A stretch of 64,000 nucleotides of DNA from Macrostomum hystrix (taxonomy: Eukaryota; Animalia; Platyhelminthes), in assembly GCA_950097015.1 (NCBI GenBank), contig CATNEN010000039.1, positions 5,704,001 to 5,768,000 on the forward strand, given 5' to 3'. Below, piece by piece: positions 24,433-36,537 of the stretch (positions are counted from its first letter, which is position 1; each line of letters opens with the position of its first letter). The notes below the pieces were generated by a model that saw only the letters and a list, made by a program, of their open reading frames with translations, made no database searches and had not been told where the DNA came from. Position numbers and translations under genes: made by a program.

Positions 24433-24589
24433 ATACTGGTCTCCTAATACTGGAGATTCTGGTCTCAGACTAGTCTCTTGATTCCTTAATTTAATTCTTA
24501 CTTCTCAGCAGCCATTATTTTCATGCATACCTGTCACATTTGTTCTTGTTCCAATGATTCAATGAGTAAAAAACTAGACAATTGTCGGT

Positions 24590-26427
24590 TCAGTCACACT
24601 CTACTGTCTGATCAGTCACACTTTACTCTCTGTGATCAGTCACACTCTACTGTCTGATCAGTCACACTCTACTGTCTGTGATCAGTCACACTCTACTGTC
24701 TGTGATCAGTCACACTCTACTGTCTGTGATCAGTCACACTCTACTGTCTGTGATCAGTCACACTCTACTGTCTGTGATCAGTCACACTTTACTGTCTGTG
24801 ATCAGTCACACTCTACTGTCTGTGATCAGTCACACTTTACTGTCTGTGATCAGTCACACTCTACTGTCTGTGATCAGTCACACTCTACTGTCTGTGATCA
24901 GTCTCACTCTACTGTCTGTGATCAGTCACACTCTACTGTCTGTGATCAGTCACACTCTACTGTCTGTGATCAGTCACATTCTACTGTCTGTGATCAGTCA
25001 CACTCTACTGTCTGTGATCAGTCACACTCTACTGTCTGTGATCAGTCACACTCTACTGTCTGTGATCAGTCTCACTCTACTGTCTGTGATCAGTCACACT
25101 CTATTGTCTGTGATCAGTCACACTCTACTGTCTGTGATCAGTCACACTCTACTCTCTGTGATCAGTCACACTCTACTGTCTGTGATCAGTCACACTCTAC
25201 TCCCTGTGATCAGTCACACTCTACTGTCTGTGATCAGTCACACTCTACTGTCTGTGATCAGTCACACTCTACTGTCTGTGATCAGTCACACTCTACTGTC
25301 TGTGATCAGTCACACTCTACTGTCTGTGATCAGTCACACTCTACTGTCTGTGATCAGTCTCACTCTACTGTCTGTGATCAGTCACACTCTACTGTCTGTG
25401 ATCAGTCACACTCTACTGTCTGTGATCAGTCACACTCTACTGTCTGTGATCAGTCACACTCTACTCTCTGTGATCAGTCACACTCTACTGTCTGTGATCA
25501 GTCACACTCTACTGTCTGTGATCAGTCACACTCTACTGTCTGTGATCAGTCACACTCTACTGTCTGTGATCAGTCACACTCTACTGTCTGTGATCAGTCT
25601 CACTCTACTGTCTGTGATCAGTCACACTCTACTGTCTGTGATCAGTCACACTCTACTGTCTGTGATCAGTCACACTCTACTGTCTGTGATCAGTCTCACT
25701 CTACTGTCTGTGATCAGTCACACTCTACTGTCTGTGATCAGTCACACTCTACTGTCTGTGATCAGTCACATTCTACTGTCTGTGATCAGTCACACTCTAC
25801 TGTCTGTGATCAGTCACACTCTACTCTCTGTGATCAGTCAGACTCTACTGTCTGTGATCAGTCACACTCTACTGTCTGTGATCAGTCACACTCTACTGTC
25901 TGTGATCAGTCACACTCTACTGTCTGTGATCAGTCACACTCTACTGTCTGTGATCAGTCACACTCTACTGTCTGTGATCAGTCTCACTCTACTGTCTGTG
26001 ATCAGTCACACTCTATTGTCTGTGATCAGTCACACTCTACTGTCTGTGATCAGTCACACTCTACTCTCTGTGATCAGTCACACTCTACTCTCTGTGATCA
26101 GTCACACTCTACTGTCTGTGATCAGTCACACTCTACTCTCTGTGATCAGTCACACTCTACTGTCTGTGATCAGTCACACTCTACTGTCTGTGATCAGTCA
26201 CACTCTACTGTCTGTGATCAGTCACACTCTACTCTCTGTGATCAGTCACACTCTACTGTCTGATCAGTCACACTCTACTCTCTGTGATCAGTCACACTCT
26301 ACTGTCTGTGATCAGTCACACTCTACTCTCTGTGATCAGTCACACTCTACTCTCTGTGATCAGTCACACTCTACTGTCTGTGATCAGTCACACTCTACTG
26401 TCTGTGATCAGTCACACTCTACTCTCA
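24590..26427. repeat. 24-bp minisatellite (GATCAGTCACACTCTACTGTCTGT)
   Basis: About 76 copies; explains the spurious 543-aa and 600-aa ORFs. Confidence 0.98.
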
Positions 26428-26454
26428 GTTATCAATCAAACTCAGTCACATTTT

Positions 26455-26912
26455 CTAGCCCGCCAAGAAGGCCAGCCTAGGGCATTGACAGTGGCCGCAG
26501 GCCTCCTTAGATTTCACCCATCAGGATCAAGCTGCCAGCATGACAGCCCCCCGCCAACCGCCCTAATCAGGGGTTCAGATCGGTCTATATTATGAACCGC
26601 GTTTTCGCCTAAACGTTCTCAATCGCCTGGCCTCAGTGAGAAGCAAGAGAACGGCGCTCTAAGCGTGAGATTGTTCCACCATTCACTACCACAAGCTTGT
26701 CAGTTAGTTAGCTCTCGACGTTACGCATCTTGAGTGTGCGCTGCTGGCCATGAGTAGTCTAGATTGGCGCCTGTTGTCAAAGTCAGTAAGTGCTATCTTC
26801 GGAGACTCCAGCGTCTTGCAGAAGAAGTGCTAGCCGATAGGATCTGTCGGAGCAGCGCCTAAAGCGGAGGCAGCGGGGCCTCATCCGCAGAGTAGGGCGT
26901 GGGTTTAGCCAG
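26455..26912 (-). mobile_element. GC-rich insert, possibly a decayed LINE 3' fragment
   Basis: Unique GC-rich island between two satellite blocks; minus-strand remnant ...RRQSRLL...WWNNL with stops weakly resembles a LINE ORF2 C-terminus. Confidence 0.3.
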
Positions 26913-26939
26913 TTAGTTATGTAACTATAGCTTTGTCAC

Positions 26940-27110
26940 TTTCTTGATTCGCTGAAACCTGATTGGTCAGTTTCTGGATTCGCTGCGATCCTGATTGGTC
27001 AGCTTCTAGATTCGCTGCGATCCTGATTGATCAGTTTCTCGATTTACTGTAATCCTGATTGGTCAGTTTTTCGATTTACTGTGATCCTGATTGGTCAGTT
27101 TCTGGATTCG
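26940..27110. repeat. Diverged copies of the 32-bp CCAAT minisatellite
   Basis: CCTGATTGGTCAGTTTC units, about 5. Confidence 0.85.
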
Positions 27111-27772
27111 TCAAATTTCTACAAATTCAGATTCTTAAGTTTTACGAATTGGTAATTTTGTTTTAAAAAATATGCGCAAAAACGTTAGTGCCTACTTTTA
27201 AGTAGTTAGAATTAGAGGAACTTTTCTTTTTCTTTAACTTTACATTTTCCGCCAAATTTGCGTACAACTGTACGCATAAAACTGCTGCTATTTTCTCAAC
27301 CTTCGAGTGCAAGCTAGAATAAGCCAGAAATAAGCAATGTGCTCAATACATCGTCTCTGAAGCTGTACAAAAATTGTGTGTTGAGCACACATGCGTACCG
27401 CAGTACCCGAGAGAGCACAGATACTCTATTCCATTGTCTGGCCAGAGCATTGTGGCATGCTCGAAACAACTCCGAAAATGGAAGAGAACAGATTTCTGTC
27501 TCTCTCCACGAACAGCCCCCAGCCTGCTGGGCTGTGTTAGATGTAAAAGCACCCGGTTACTTAGCTGCTTCTCAGCAGATTCACCTGAAATCTAAATAGT
27601 CACTGAAATTTATACACAATCAGCTCAGGCCGCTAAAAAACGTTAGCCTTATCTTGTTTAGCATGGGATCAGATAATGAGGATGAGGTGAGTTGCTTTGA
27701 GAAGTCTTCGCTGCAATACAACTGATAATGGCTACAAAATTAGAACTCTACCGTGTATATTTTATGATTATA

Positions 27773-28250
27773 CAGTCCTTCAAGCTGTCCTCTGTTGTCC
27801 ACCCAGTCCTTCAGGCTGTCCTCTGTTGTCCACCCAGTCCTTCAGGCTGTCCTCTGTTGTCCACCGAGTCCTTCAGGCTGTCCTCTGTTGTCCACCGAGT
27901 CCTTCAGGCTGTCTTCTGTTATCCACCCAGTCCTTCAGGCTGTCCTCTGTTGTCCACCCAGTCCTTCAGGCTGTCTTCTGTTATCCACCCAGTCCTTCAG
28001 GCTGTCCTCTGTTATCCACCCAGTCCTTCAGGCTGTCCTCTGTTATCCACCCATCCTTCAGGCTGTCCTCTGTTATCCACCCAGTCCTTCAGGCTGTCCT
28101 CTGTTATCAACTCAGTCCTTCAGGCTGTCCTCTGTTATCCAGCCAGTCCTTCAGGCTGTCCTCTGTTGTCCACCCAGTCCTTCAGGCTGTCCTCTGTTAT
28201 CCAGCCAGTCCTTCAGGCTGTCCTCTGTTATCCACCCAGTCCTTCAGGCT
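27773..28250. repeat. 31-bp minisatellite, second locus, 150 bp upstream of innexin B
   Basis: Same consensus as 21985-22702. Confidence 0.97.
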
Positions 28251-28400
28251 GACCGCTCAGCTGACTCAAAGTAGACAGTTTGAAAGTACTCGTAGATGTA
28301 CAAGAAGTAGAACCGCAGCGCAAGCAGTCATATTTATCGTCTCCTTTTTCCACAGTCGGGCGGACACGGTACGGAAGGCCTAATTCAGCAGGTTCGCAAA

Positions 28401-30414
28401 ATGGACATTGTGAACTACATTGGAGTCGAAGATTTTGCGGACGAGCTCAACTACAAGTGGTCCAGCTGCTTGTTAACGGTGCTCTGCACCCTCATCACAA
28501 TGAAGACTTACTACTTTGAGCCCGTGTCCTGCTTTGTGCCAAGCCCAGTCGGCTTCGCCGTTGAGAATCAGGTTGAGTACGTGAATAGTTACTGCTGGAC
28601 CGAGGGCACCTACTCAGTGCATCCGGCCAATTTCACGCTGCACGCGGAGCTGCTGGACGGTGGTGTCTCGGCCTACGCGGACAGCAAGATTGTGTACTAC
28701 CAGTGGGTGCCCATTGTTCTGGCCATGCAGGCAGCCCTGTTCTACCTGCCGCGCCTGCTCTGGCATGTCATCAGCTACGACCGGGCTGGCACGGATGTTG
28801 GTCACGTGGTTCGCGTGGCCAGCGAAGCCGTCCGAGAGACTGGGGAGAGGCACGAGAAGATGGTGAACCATGCGAGCCGCATGCTGCAGCAGATGATGGA
28901 GCAGAATTTGGCCAAGTGAGTGCCTTTTTTATTACAGGAGCATACAGCTGATGGACCAAGGTAGCAGAAGGTGGTGGACACAGCTGATGGACCAAGGTAG
29001 CAGAAGGTGGTGGACACAGCTGATGGACCAAGGTAGCAGAAGGTGGTGGACACAGCTGATGGACCAAGGTAGCAGAAGGTGGTGGACACAGCTGATGGAC
29101 CAAGGTAGCAGAAGGTGGTGGACACAGCTGATGGACCAAGGTAGCAGAAGGTGGTGGACACAGCTGATGGACCAAGGTAGCAGAAGGTGGTGGACACAGC
29201 TGATGGACCAAGGTAGCAGAAGGTGGTGGACACAGCTGATGGACCAAGGTAGCAGAAGGTGGTGGACACAGCTGATGGACCAAGGTAGCAGAAGGTGGTG
29301 GACACAGCTGATGGACCAAGGTAGCAGAAGGTGGTGGACACAGCTGATGGACCAAGGTAGCAGAAGGTGGTGGACACAGCTGATGGACCAAGGTAGCAGA
29401 AGGTGGTGGACACAGCTGCAGGATGGACCAAGATAGTTATCAGTTGCCAAGCTCCCCCTTCTCCATTGAAGGTCCCTACGCGGTTCCGAGCGCATTCACA
29501 ACATCGCCACAAGAGCTTGGCGCATCCTGTCTGTAGCAATGCCGGCCAAGTTATCAGGCAGCTGGCTCATTCTCACCTATTTGTTGATTAAGATTGTCTA
29601 CCTGGCCAATGTGCTCAGCCAGCTGGGATTCATGCGGCGATTTCTCGGCATCCAATCCAAGCGCTACGACTTCCTGGGCGCCCAGCTGCTGTGGGACGTG
29701 GCTCACGGGCGCGACTGGCAGGTGAGCCGCGTCTTCCCCCGGATCGGCAGCTGCGCTGTGCTGCTGCGCACCGCGGCTGGCGCGAACTGGCACACAGCCC
29801 AGTGCACACTGCCCGTGAACATGATCAACGAGAAGGTCTACATCTTCCTGTGGTTCTGGTTCGTGTTCGTCTGTGGCGCAACCATCATCAGCCTGGTAGC
29901 CTGGCTGATCCGCGTCTGCCACACCAGCTGCGGCAACCACTTCGTCAACCGCATGCTGAAGCTGTCGGACAACTACAAACAGGCGAAGCAGAACGATTAC
30001 GTGCGCTCCTTCTGCAACCAGTTCCTGCGTCGGGACGGCACCTTCGTTCTGAAGATGATAGCGCTGAACTGCGGCGACATTGTCTGCTCGGAGATTGTCC
30101 ACCGCCTGTGGACGCTCTATCGCGAAAAGAAGGGCCTCGAGCACTCGATGTGCGACCTGAGAGGTCTGCTCAAACTGCACAGCTGCAGCGGCACTGGAAG
30201 GGGCGAGGGCACCCTCGGCGCAGCCTGCAGCGATGGAGGCCTCCGTAAGAGGCACGTCGGGAGCATCAACGGCTTGGCCTCTTCTTCAGACGAGTCGACC
30301 AGCGCTGACGTGTTCAGAAACGCCACGGCACCGCCGAAAGGACAGGTTGCCGAGGTGGACGACTTTGCTAAGGAGTCTTTAGCAACCGTTGTTGACGAAA
30401 CTGAAACGCACTGA
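28401..30414 (+). CDS. Innexin B; exons 28401-28915, 29472-30414
   Basis: GVEDFADELNY, YVNSYCWTEG, YYQWVPIVL, FPRIGSC, QCTLPVNMINEKVYIFLWFW; phase-2 intron AA|GTGAGT...AAG|G. Confidence 0.96.
28943..29420. repeat. 36-bp minisatellite (GACACAGCTGATGGACCAAGGTAGCAGAAGGTGGTG) x13
   Basis: Apparently identical copies fill the innexin B intron. Confidence 0.98.
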
Positions 30415-30594
30415 CCTAAGCTGTGCTGAGAACGAACAGTCTGTTCAACTGACATGTATCCTGACTTCTGATCGTTGCAGCTCCATATGTAAAATAAACA
30501 AAACTAAAGCATAGGAAAAACAAAGCAAAAAGGCAAATAGCATTCAAAAGAGCCGTTTTTCTCTACTCTTGGCATGGGGAACTTGTGGACACTT

Positions 30595-31195
30595 CTGGTA
30601 GACCAGATAATAGCAGCTGGTAGACCAGATAATAGCAGCTGGTAGACCAGATAATAGCAGCTGGTAGACCAGATAATAGCAGCAGGTAGACCAGATAATA
30701 GCAGCTGGCAGACCAGATAATAGCAGCTGGTAGACCAGATAATAGCAGCTGATAGACCAGATAATAGCAGCTGGTAGACCAGATAATAGCAGCTGGCAGA
30801 CCAGATAATAGCAGCTGGTAGACCAGATAATAGCAGCTGGTAGACCAGATAATAGCAGCTGGTAGACCAGATAATAGCAGCTGGTAGACCAGATAATAGC
30901 AGCTGGTAGACCAGATAATAGCAGCTGGTAGACCAGATAATAGCAGCTGGTAGACCAGATAATAGCAGCTGGCAGACCAGATAATAGCAGCTGGTAGACC
31001 AGATAATAGCAGCTGGTAGACCAGATAATAGCAGCTGGCAGACCAGATAATAGCAGCTGATAGACCAGATAATAGCAGCTGGTAGACCAGATAATAGCAG
31101 CTGGTATACCAGATAATAGCAGCTGGTAGACCAGATAATAGCAGCTGGTAGACCAGATAATAGCAGCTGGTATACCAGATAATAACAGCTGATGA
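30595..31195. repeat. 22-bp minisatellite (AGACCAGATAATAGCAGCTGGT)
   Basis: About 27 copies. Confidence 0.97.
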
Positions 31196-31211
31196 CCACG
31201 TGACAGCTAGT

Positions 31212-31532
31212 GAACCAGAGGACAGAAGTCGGTGGACACAGCCGATAGACCAGAGGACAGAAGGTGGAGGACACAGCTGATGGACCAGAGGACAGAAGTC
31301 GGAGGACACAGCTGATGGACCAGAGGACAGAAGTCGGAGGACACAGCTGATGGACCAGAGGACAGAAGGTGGAGGACACGGCTGATGGACCAGAGGACAG
31401 AAGGTGGAGGACACGGCTGATGGACCAGAGGACGGAAGTCGGAGGACACAGCTGATGGACCAGAGGACGGAAGTCGGAGGACACAGCTGATGGACCAGAG
31501 AGGTGGAGGACACGGCTGATGGACCAGAGGAC
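31212..31532. repeat. 35-bp minisatellite (GACCAGAGGACAGAAGTCGGAGGACACAGCTGATG)
   Basis: About 9 copies. Confidence 0.95.
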
Positions 31533-32047
31533 TATCTGGTCCATAAATAAATAAAGTGGAAATAACAAGAGCACAGCTAGAGCACAACCCTGATGTCAAT
31601 TCATTAAAAAAACTTTTAAACGCAATCTTGCAGAAAATTTTGCTTTATAATTATTTGCTGTTAATTTGATCTGTATATAAAAATACAATGCTTTATTAGT
31701 GATAAAAAGTGCTAGTTGAGAAACAGTAGAAGGCGCACGCTATTTTTCCCTCCCGAGGAAAGACACATGGAGCATTTAAAATACCCACTGCCTACCGTAC
31801 GATAGAGAATGTAATAGTTAACGATTTAATCAATACAATATTGTTAACAATAACTGGCGGCAGTGTTAAAGCTAATTCACTTTAAATATAATTTTAACTT
31901 TACAATGGCGACGTAATATGCTAAATAGTTTATTAATGTCTTTAAAAATTGGCTCAATAAATGTATTTACAAAACCTAATTGCCATAGAACAACAATGCG
32001 ACGACAACACTACTGACCAACCATTTTCAAGTCATATACTCACCTAT

Positions 32048-32293
32048 GCCTACCAGTCTAATCTGCATCTATCTACCAGTCTATCTGCATCTATCTACCT
32101 GTCTATCTGCATCTATCTACCAGTCTATCTGCATTTATCTACCAGTCTATCCGCATCTATCTACCAGTCTAATCTGCATCTATCTACCTGTCTATCTGCA
32201 TCTATCTACCAGTCTAATCTGCATCTATCTACCAGTCTAATCTGCATCTATCTACCAGTCTATCTGCATCTATCTACCAGTCTAATCTGCAGT
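32048..32293. repeat. 22-bp minisatellite (CTACCAGTCTATCTGCATCTAT) abutting the NHL gene stop
   Basis: About 11 copies. Confidence 0.95.
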
Positions 32294-34940
32294 CTAGAGC
32301 AGAGTAAAGGTGGCGATTCGGTTCTGCGCAGAGTCGGCCACCAGCAACAATGTTGGACCATCGGGAATGTCGGCAACAGCCAGGCCCGCCGGCGCGTCTA
32401 GCGGCGGACCCTCCAGCGGCGCCTGCCAGTCGCGGCCGCTGGCGCCGGAGCCGCAGCCGCCCTCCAGCAGCAGGACGCGGACGCACTGCTTTCGAAAGTC
32501 GCTGACAAAGGCGACGCCGCGGCGGCAGTCGGCGACGACGGCGTACGGTGCCTCGATGAGGGGCTTGGCGCACAGCGGGGGCGCCAGGCGGTAGCCGCTT
32601 GCGGGGCAGAGGCGGTGGACGCATTGGGCCACCCAGTCGCAGACAAACAACATGCTGTGGACGCTTCCATCAGCTGCGGTGTCATCAGAACTGCAACTGG
32701 CGTCGGCTGCCATTGTGACGGCCAACCCGCCGTCGAAAGTGTCGGAGCCGGGACCCAGAGACAGTCGGGCATGAAGGGCCAGGTCCTGCAGAGTCAGTTG
32801 AACGGACTATTGACATTACTGGTATCGACAATATGGGGACTTGATGGGGATCGGATGAGAATTGGATGGGGACTGGATGGGGATTGGATGGGGATTGGAT
32901 AGAGATTGGATGGGGATTGGATGGGGATTGGATAGAGATTGGATGGGGATTGGATGGGGATTGGATGGGGATTGGATAGGGATTGGATGGGGACTGGATG
33001 GGGACTGGATGGGGATTGGATGGGGATTGGATGGGGATTTGATGGGGTTGGGCCGGTGATGGGATGGCAGTTGCAGTCAGTCAGCTGAGCAGGAAATGCT
33101 CAGCATTCGTCACCTTCTTGCCGATGACCAGCACGGTGCGCTCTCTGTGCCAGTGCACGAACAGCTTGTCCGGCGTGCCGGCCAGCCCGGACACTCGAAA
33201 CTCGTTGCCGACTGCCGACGGTGCCAGGCCGAGACTCGCTGCTGTGATTCTCTGCTGCGCTGTGCCTGGGCGGGAGCGGCGGGTGAGATTGGCGATTTGG
33301 GATGAGAGTGAGTGACAGGAGCGCAGATAAGAGTGACAGTGGAGAGGAGAAGAGAGTGACAGTGGAGAGGAGATGAGAGTGACAGGGCAGAGGAGATGAG
33401 AGTGACAGGGCAGAGGAGATTAGAGTGACATCAAGAAAATAAGCCGCACCGGCCAAGTCCGTCACGCAAACTCCGTCAGAGCCGACGCTGATGTACAGCA
33501 GCTGTCGGGTGTCGTCGCAGTGCAGTCCGTAGACTCCGGCCCGAATGTTAACGCCGCCAGTGAATTCAATTTTCAATCGGACTCGACCATTGACGGACAC
33601 GGCCGCTATGTAGTCCAGTCTGTTGTCGGCGTTGAAGGCAACGAACACCAGCTGCTTGGGCAGGGCGGAGGCGGTGCCAACGGCCTTCACCAGCCTTTTC
33701 CTGTCCGGGGACGGGCCGAAGCCCGCTGTGTTGCTGCAGACGGCCAGCCAAACCGGCGGAGCTTCAAAGCCGTCCAAACAGCCGGCGAATTCCGCATAGC
33801 AACTGGGATCTCTGCGGGCCGGCTTCTGCTGATCCCGACTGCCCTCCAGCAAGCCTGTCAGGTGGCCAAGCTCCGAGTCCAACGGCACCAGAAGGTTCTT
33901 CACCGCGCCGCTGACGTCGACGTCAATCGCTGACGTCGGCAAAGCCAGCGCTGCGGCATCCGGAGCGTCAACTTCGATGCCAGCGGCGTCTAGCAGCGGC
34001 TCTACGGAGGTCGCGAGTTCGAACACTCTTTGCAGATCGCCCGCCGAATCGGCGGCAGCTAGATCGCGTTGAAATACCCGGCATTCATTGCCGATCTGAG
34101 GCCGAAAGAGTATGAGCTCGCATTTGAGCTTTTTTCAAAACATTTTAACACAGAAAATCAGGAGGTTTGCCATTTAGGGGCTGTAGCCAAGTGGTTTAAG
34201 CATCGGATACACTGCTTGAAGGTCGGGGGATCGATTCCCGACTGAACTGGAACAATTCGTGTCTTTTAGCAAGACACTTAACTCTACATAGTATTAGCTG
34301 GGGTAATAGTGGGTGGGTGTGTGGCGTCTGCCCAATCCATGGACTGAACAGTCGTACGCAACCTTCAGATGCGCAGCGCAATAGCTGCGGCTGTGCTGTC
34401 GGCTGCCCAACTGGCAGGTGTAATCAATTATTAGTACTGTTTTTATTATTACTATTATCTCTAACAGGTTAGATCATGTTCAAAAACGTGTGACCGGTAT
34501 GTCTAATTGACTGCTAGACCAGTCCAGCAGTCAGTTACCTGCAAATGGTTCTTGACAGCTTCATGTTGTGCTTCGATGGGTCTAGTTAGCCTCTCTTGCC
34601 ACCTGTCCAATGCTCTGTGCAGGCTGTCGAAAACGTCGGTCATCTCCTGCAGTTCGGCAGCCAATCTGAGCTGCTTCGGCCTGAAAGCCTCGGCAGACGC
34701 AATCGCGGCAGAGGCTCGCTCCAGAACCGAGGCTCTGAACTTGCGCACCTTGGCAATGTCCACTGCCAGATGCCGCTGACACATCACCATCTTTGAGTAT
34801 GGTCCGCGACCAGCAGAATCGGCTTGGCACAACTTCACCGAGCACTGCACGGGAGTGGCAATTTCTTGCTGCATCGACTCGTCATAGTCATCATCATCAT
34901 CGTCGGGTGGTTGATGGTTTCTATGGCGACTAGATGCCAT
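32294..34940 (-). CDS. Coiled-coil + NHL-repeat (TRIM-NHL-like, no RING) protein; exons 34940-34539, 34095-33450, 33265-33114, 32785-32294
   Basis: N-terminal Cys/His cluster (CSVKLC...MCQRH), coiled coil, NHL-like blades (APYAVVAD...AFVSDF.KQCVRV; APAGLAV...LLVADSAQNRI); junction phases consistent. Confidence 0.7.
32845..33065. repeat. 11-bp G-rich repeat (GGGATTGGATG)
   Basis: Tandem array in an NHL gene intron. Confidence 0.95.
33305..33430. repeat. 23-bp tandem repeat (GAGTGACAGTGGAGAGGAGATGA)
   Basis: About 5 copies in an NHL gene intron. Confidence 0.85.
34177..34435 (+). mobile_element. SINE family A copy
   Basis: GGGGCTGTAGCCAAGTGGT...GATCGATTCCCGACT head; TTAGCAAGACACTTAACTC; shared 3' body. 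Confidence 0.85.
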
Positions 34941-35129
34941 ATTTAACCTTCCGTATCCCTAGTCCACTTGGGCCGAAGTCTAGAGGGCCTTGTGTGTCTG
35001 AAAGTTGTTTTCACCTGTTTCTAGTTATTCACTTTATTTAAATTCATTATGAAGCTTACGTTTTAGTTTTTTAGTCATGCAGATTTTTACTAACTCATTG
35101 CTGCATAATCCGATTCCAGGCAAACCTTT

Positions 35130-35737
35130 CTGATTGGCTGGAGGAGCGTTAGCTCTGTCCCCTCTGCCTCACTTCCACCCCTCATGTTGCGCAGTCCTGC
35201 TCTACGCTGGCCACTCTGATTGGCTGGAGAAGCGTTAGCTCTGTCCCCTCTGCCTCACTTCCACCCCTCATGTTGCGCAGTCCTGTTCTACGCTGGCCAC
35301 TCTGATTGGCTGGAGGAGCGTTAGCTCTGTCCCCTCTGCCTCACTTCCACCCCTCATGTTGCGCAGTCCTGCTCTACGCTGGCCACTCTGATTGGCTGGA
35401 GGAGCGTTAGCTCTGTCCCCTCTGCTTCACTTCCACCCCTCATGTTGCGCAGTCCTGTTCTACGCTGGCCACTCTGATTGGCTGGAGGAGCGTTAGCTCT
35501 GTCCCCTCTGCCTCACGTCCACCCCTCATGTTGCGCAGTCCTGCTCTACGCTGGCCACTCTGATTGGCTGGAGGAGCGTTAGCTCTGTCCCCTCTGCCTC
35601 ACGTCCACCCCTCATGTTGCGCAGTCCTGCTCTACGCTGGCCACTCTGATTGGCTGGAGGAGCGTTAGCTCTGTCCCCTCTGCCTCACGTCCACCCCTCA
35701 TGTTGCGCAGTCCTGCTCTACGCTGGCCACTCTGATT
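35130..35737. repeat. 86-bp tandem repeat x7, each with CTGATTGGCT
   Basis: Period 86 (35130, 35216, 35302...), just upstream of the NHL gene. Confidence 0.97.
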
Positions 35738-36291
35738 AAACTAATATTTTGGAGAAGCCTAGTTCTGGCTCTCTATCTCACAAGCATCCTCATGCTGCGC
35801 CCAATCTGATTGGCTGGATCTCCATTAAAATAAAAGCTAGGCATGCTATAACCATATTTTAAATATAATTTAAAATAATCAAATACTGAAATAACTGAAA
35901 AATTACTGACAGCTATTGGACCTTGTCCAACAAAGTGGTAGCAAAAAACATACAAGCCACAACGAGATTTAATCTTCTGAATTTGAGTATACAAATTTAG
36001 TAAAGTTTCGTAAGTGTTATATAGAGAACTTTTGATATTGCACAGCCTTAATATTTCAGTGAAAATTAAAACGAACATTGAATGCAAAACTTGTGAAAAA
36101 GTCTAACAGCAGTATAATATATACAGTATACAGTATATATAGTGAAATAACAATTTTCACTCGACAGCGACAGAAATTTTGCTTAGACATATTACTCCAA
36201 AAAGTAGCTGAAAAAACAAGAATTGGACGAAATCTTGAATTTAATTTTAGATCTACACATCTATTCTCACGGAATAACTAAACAATTGAAT

Positions 36292-36537
36292 TTATTCATC
36301 AGCGTCGAATTTCGAACGATCAGGACGACTACCGCCGCCGACACCACCGTCAGCCAGCTGCAACCGTTTGACGGTCTCCTCGGCGTCCTTCTGCAGTGTC
36401 TCCAGGCGTTCAAGTGTGAAAGACTTCAGCGGCAACAGCTTGGGCTTGCACAGGACAGGCGCAGGGATGTGCTCCTGGAACAGGACGCCATGCTGCGGCA
36501 GCACGGGCTTCAGCGGCTCCTTTTTGCTCGCGGCCAT
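36292..36537 (-). CDS. BBIP1: BBSome-interacting protein 1 (BBIP10)
   Basis: [11 protein letters not shown]...[22 protein letters not shown] matches the BBIP1 signature VLPKQGPLFVE...[21 protein letters not shown]. Confidence 0.93.
   Translation of the reverse strand: [81 protein letters not shown]

Noticed and set aside
24632-26480. 543-aa and 600-aa ORFs (CDQSHSTV / VISHTLLS repeats)
   Set aside because: Products of a 24-bp minisatellite lacking stops in two frames; no splice or start context.
28943-29420. 36-bp direct repeats of CRISPR-like length
   Set aside because: Head-to-tail with no unique spacers, inside a eukaryotic intron, and no cas genes.
31775-31805. ~31-bp match to ~57574-57604 (TTTAAAATACCCACT.CCTAC..TACGATAG)
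   Set aside because: Probably the end of a dispersed repeat; too short to classify.
32845-33065. G-rich repeat as telomeric sequence
   Set aside because: The unit is GGGATTGGATG, not TTAGGG, and it is intronic.
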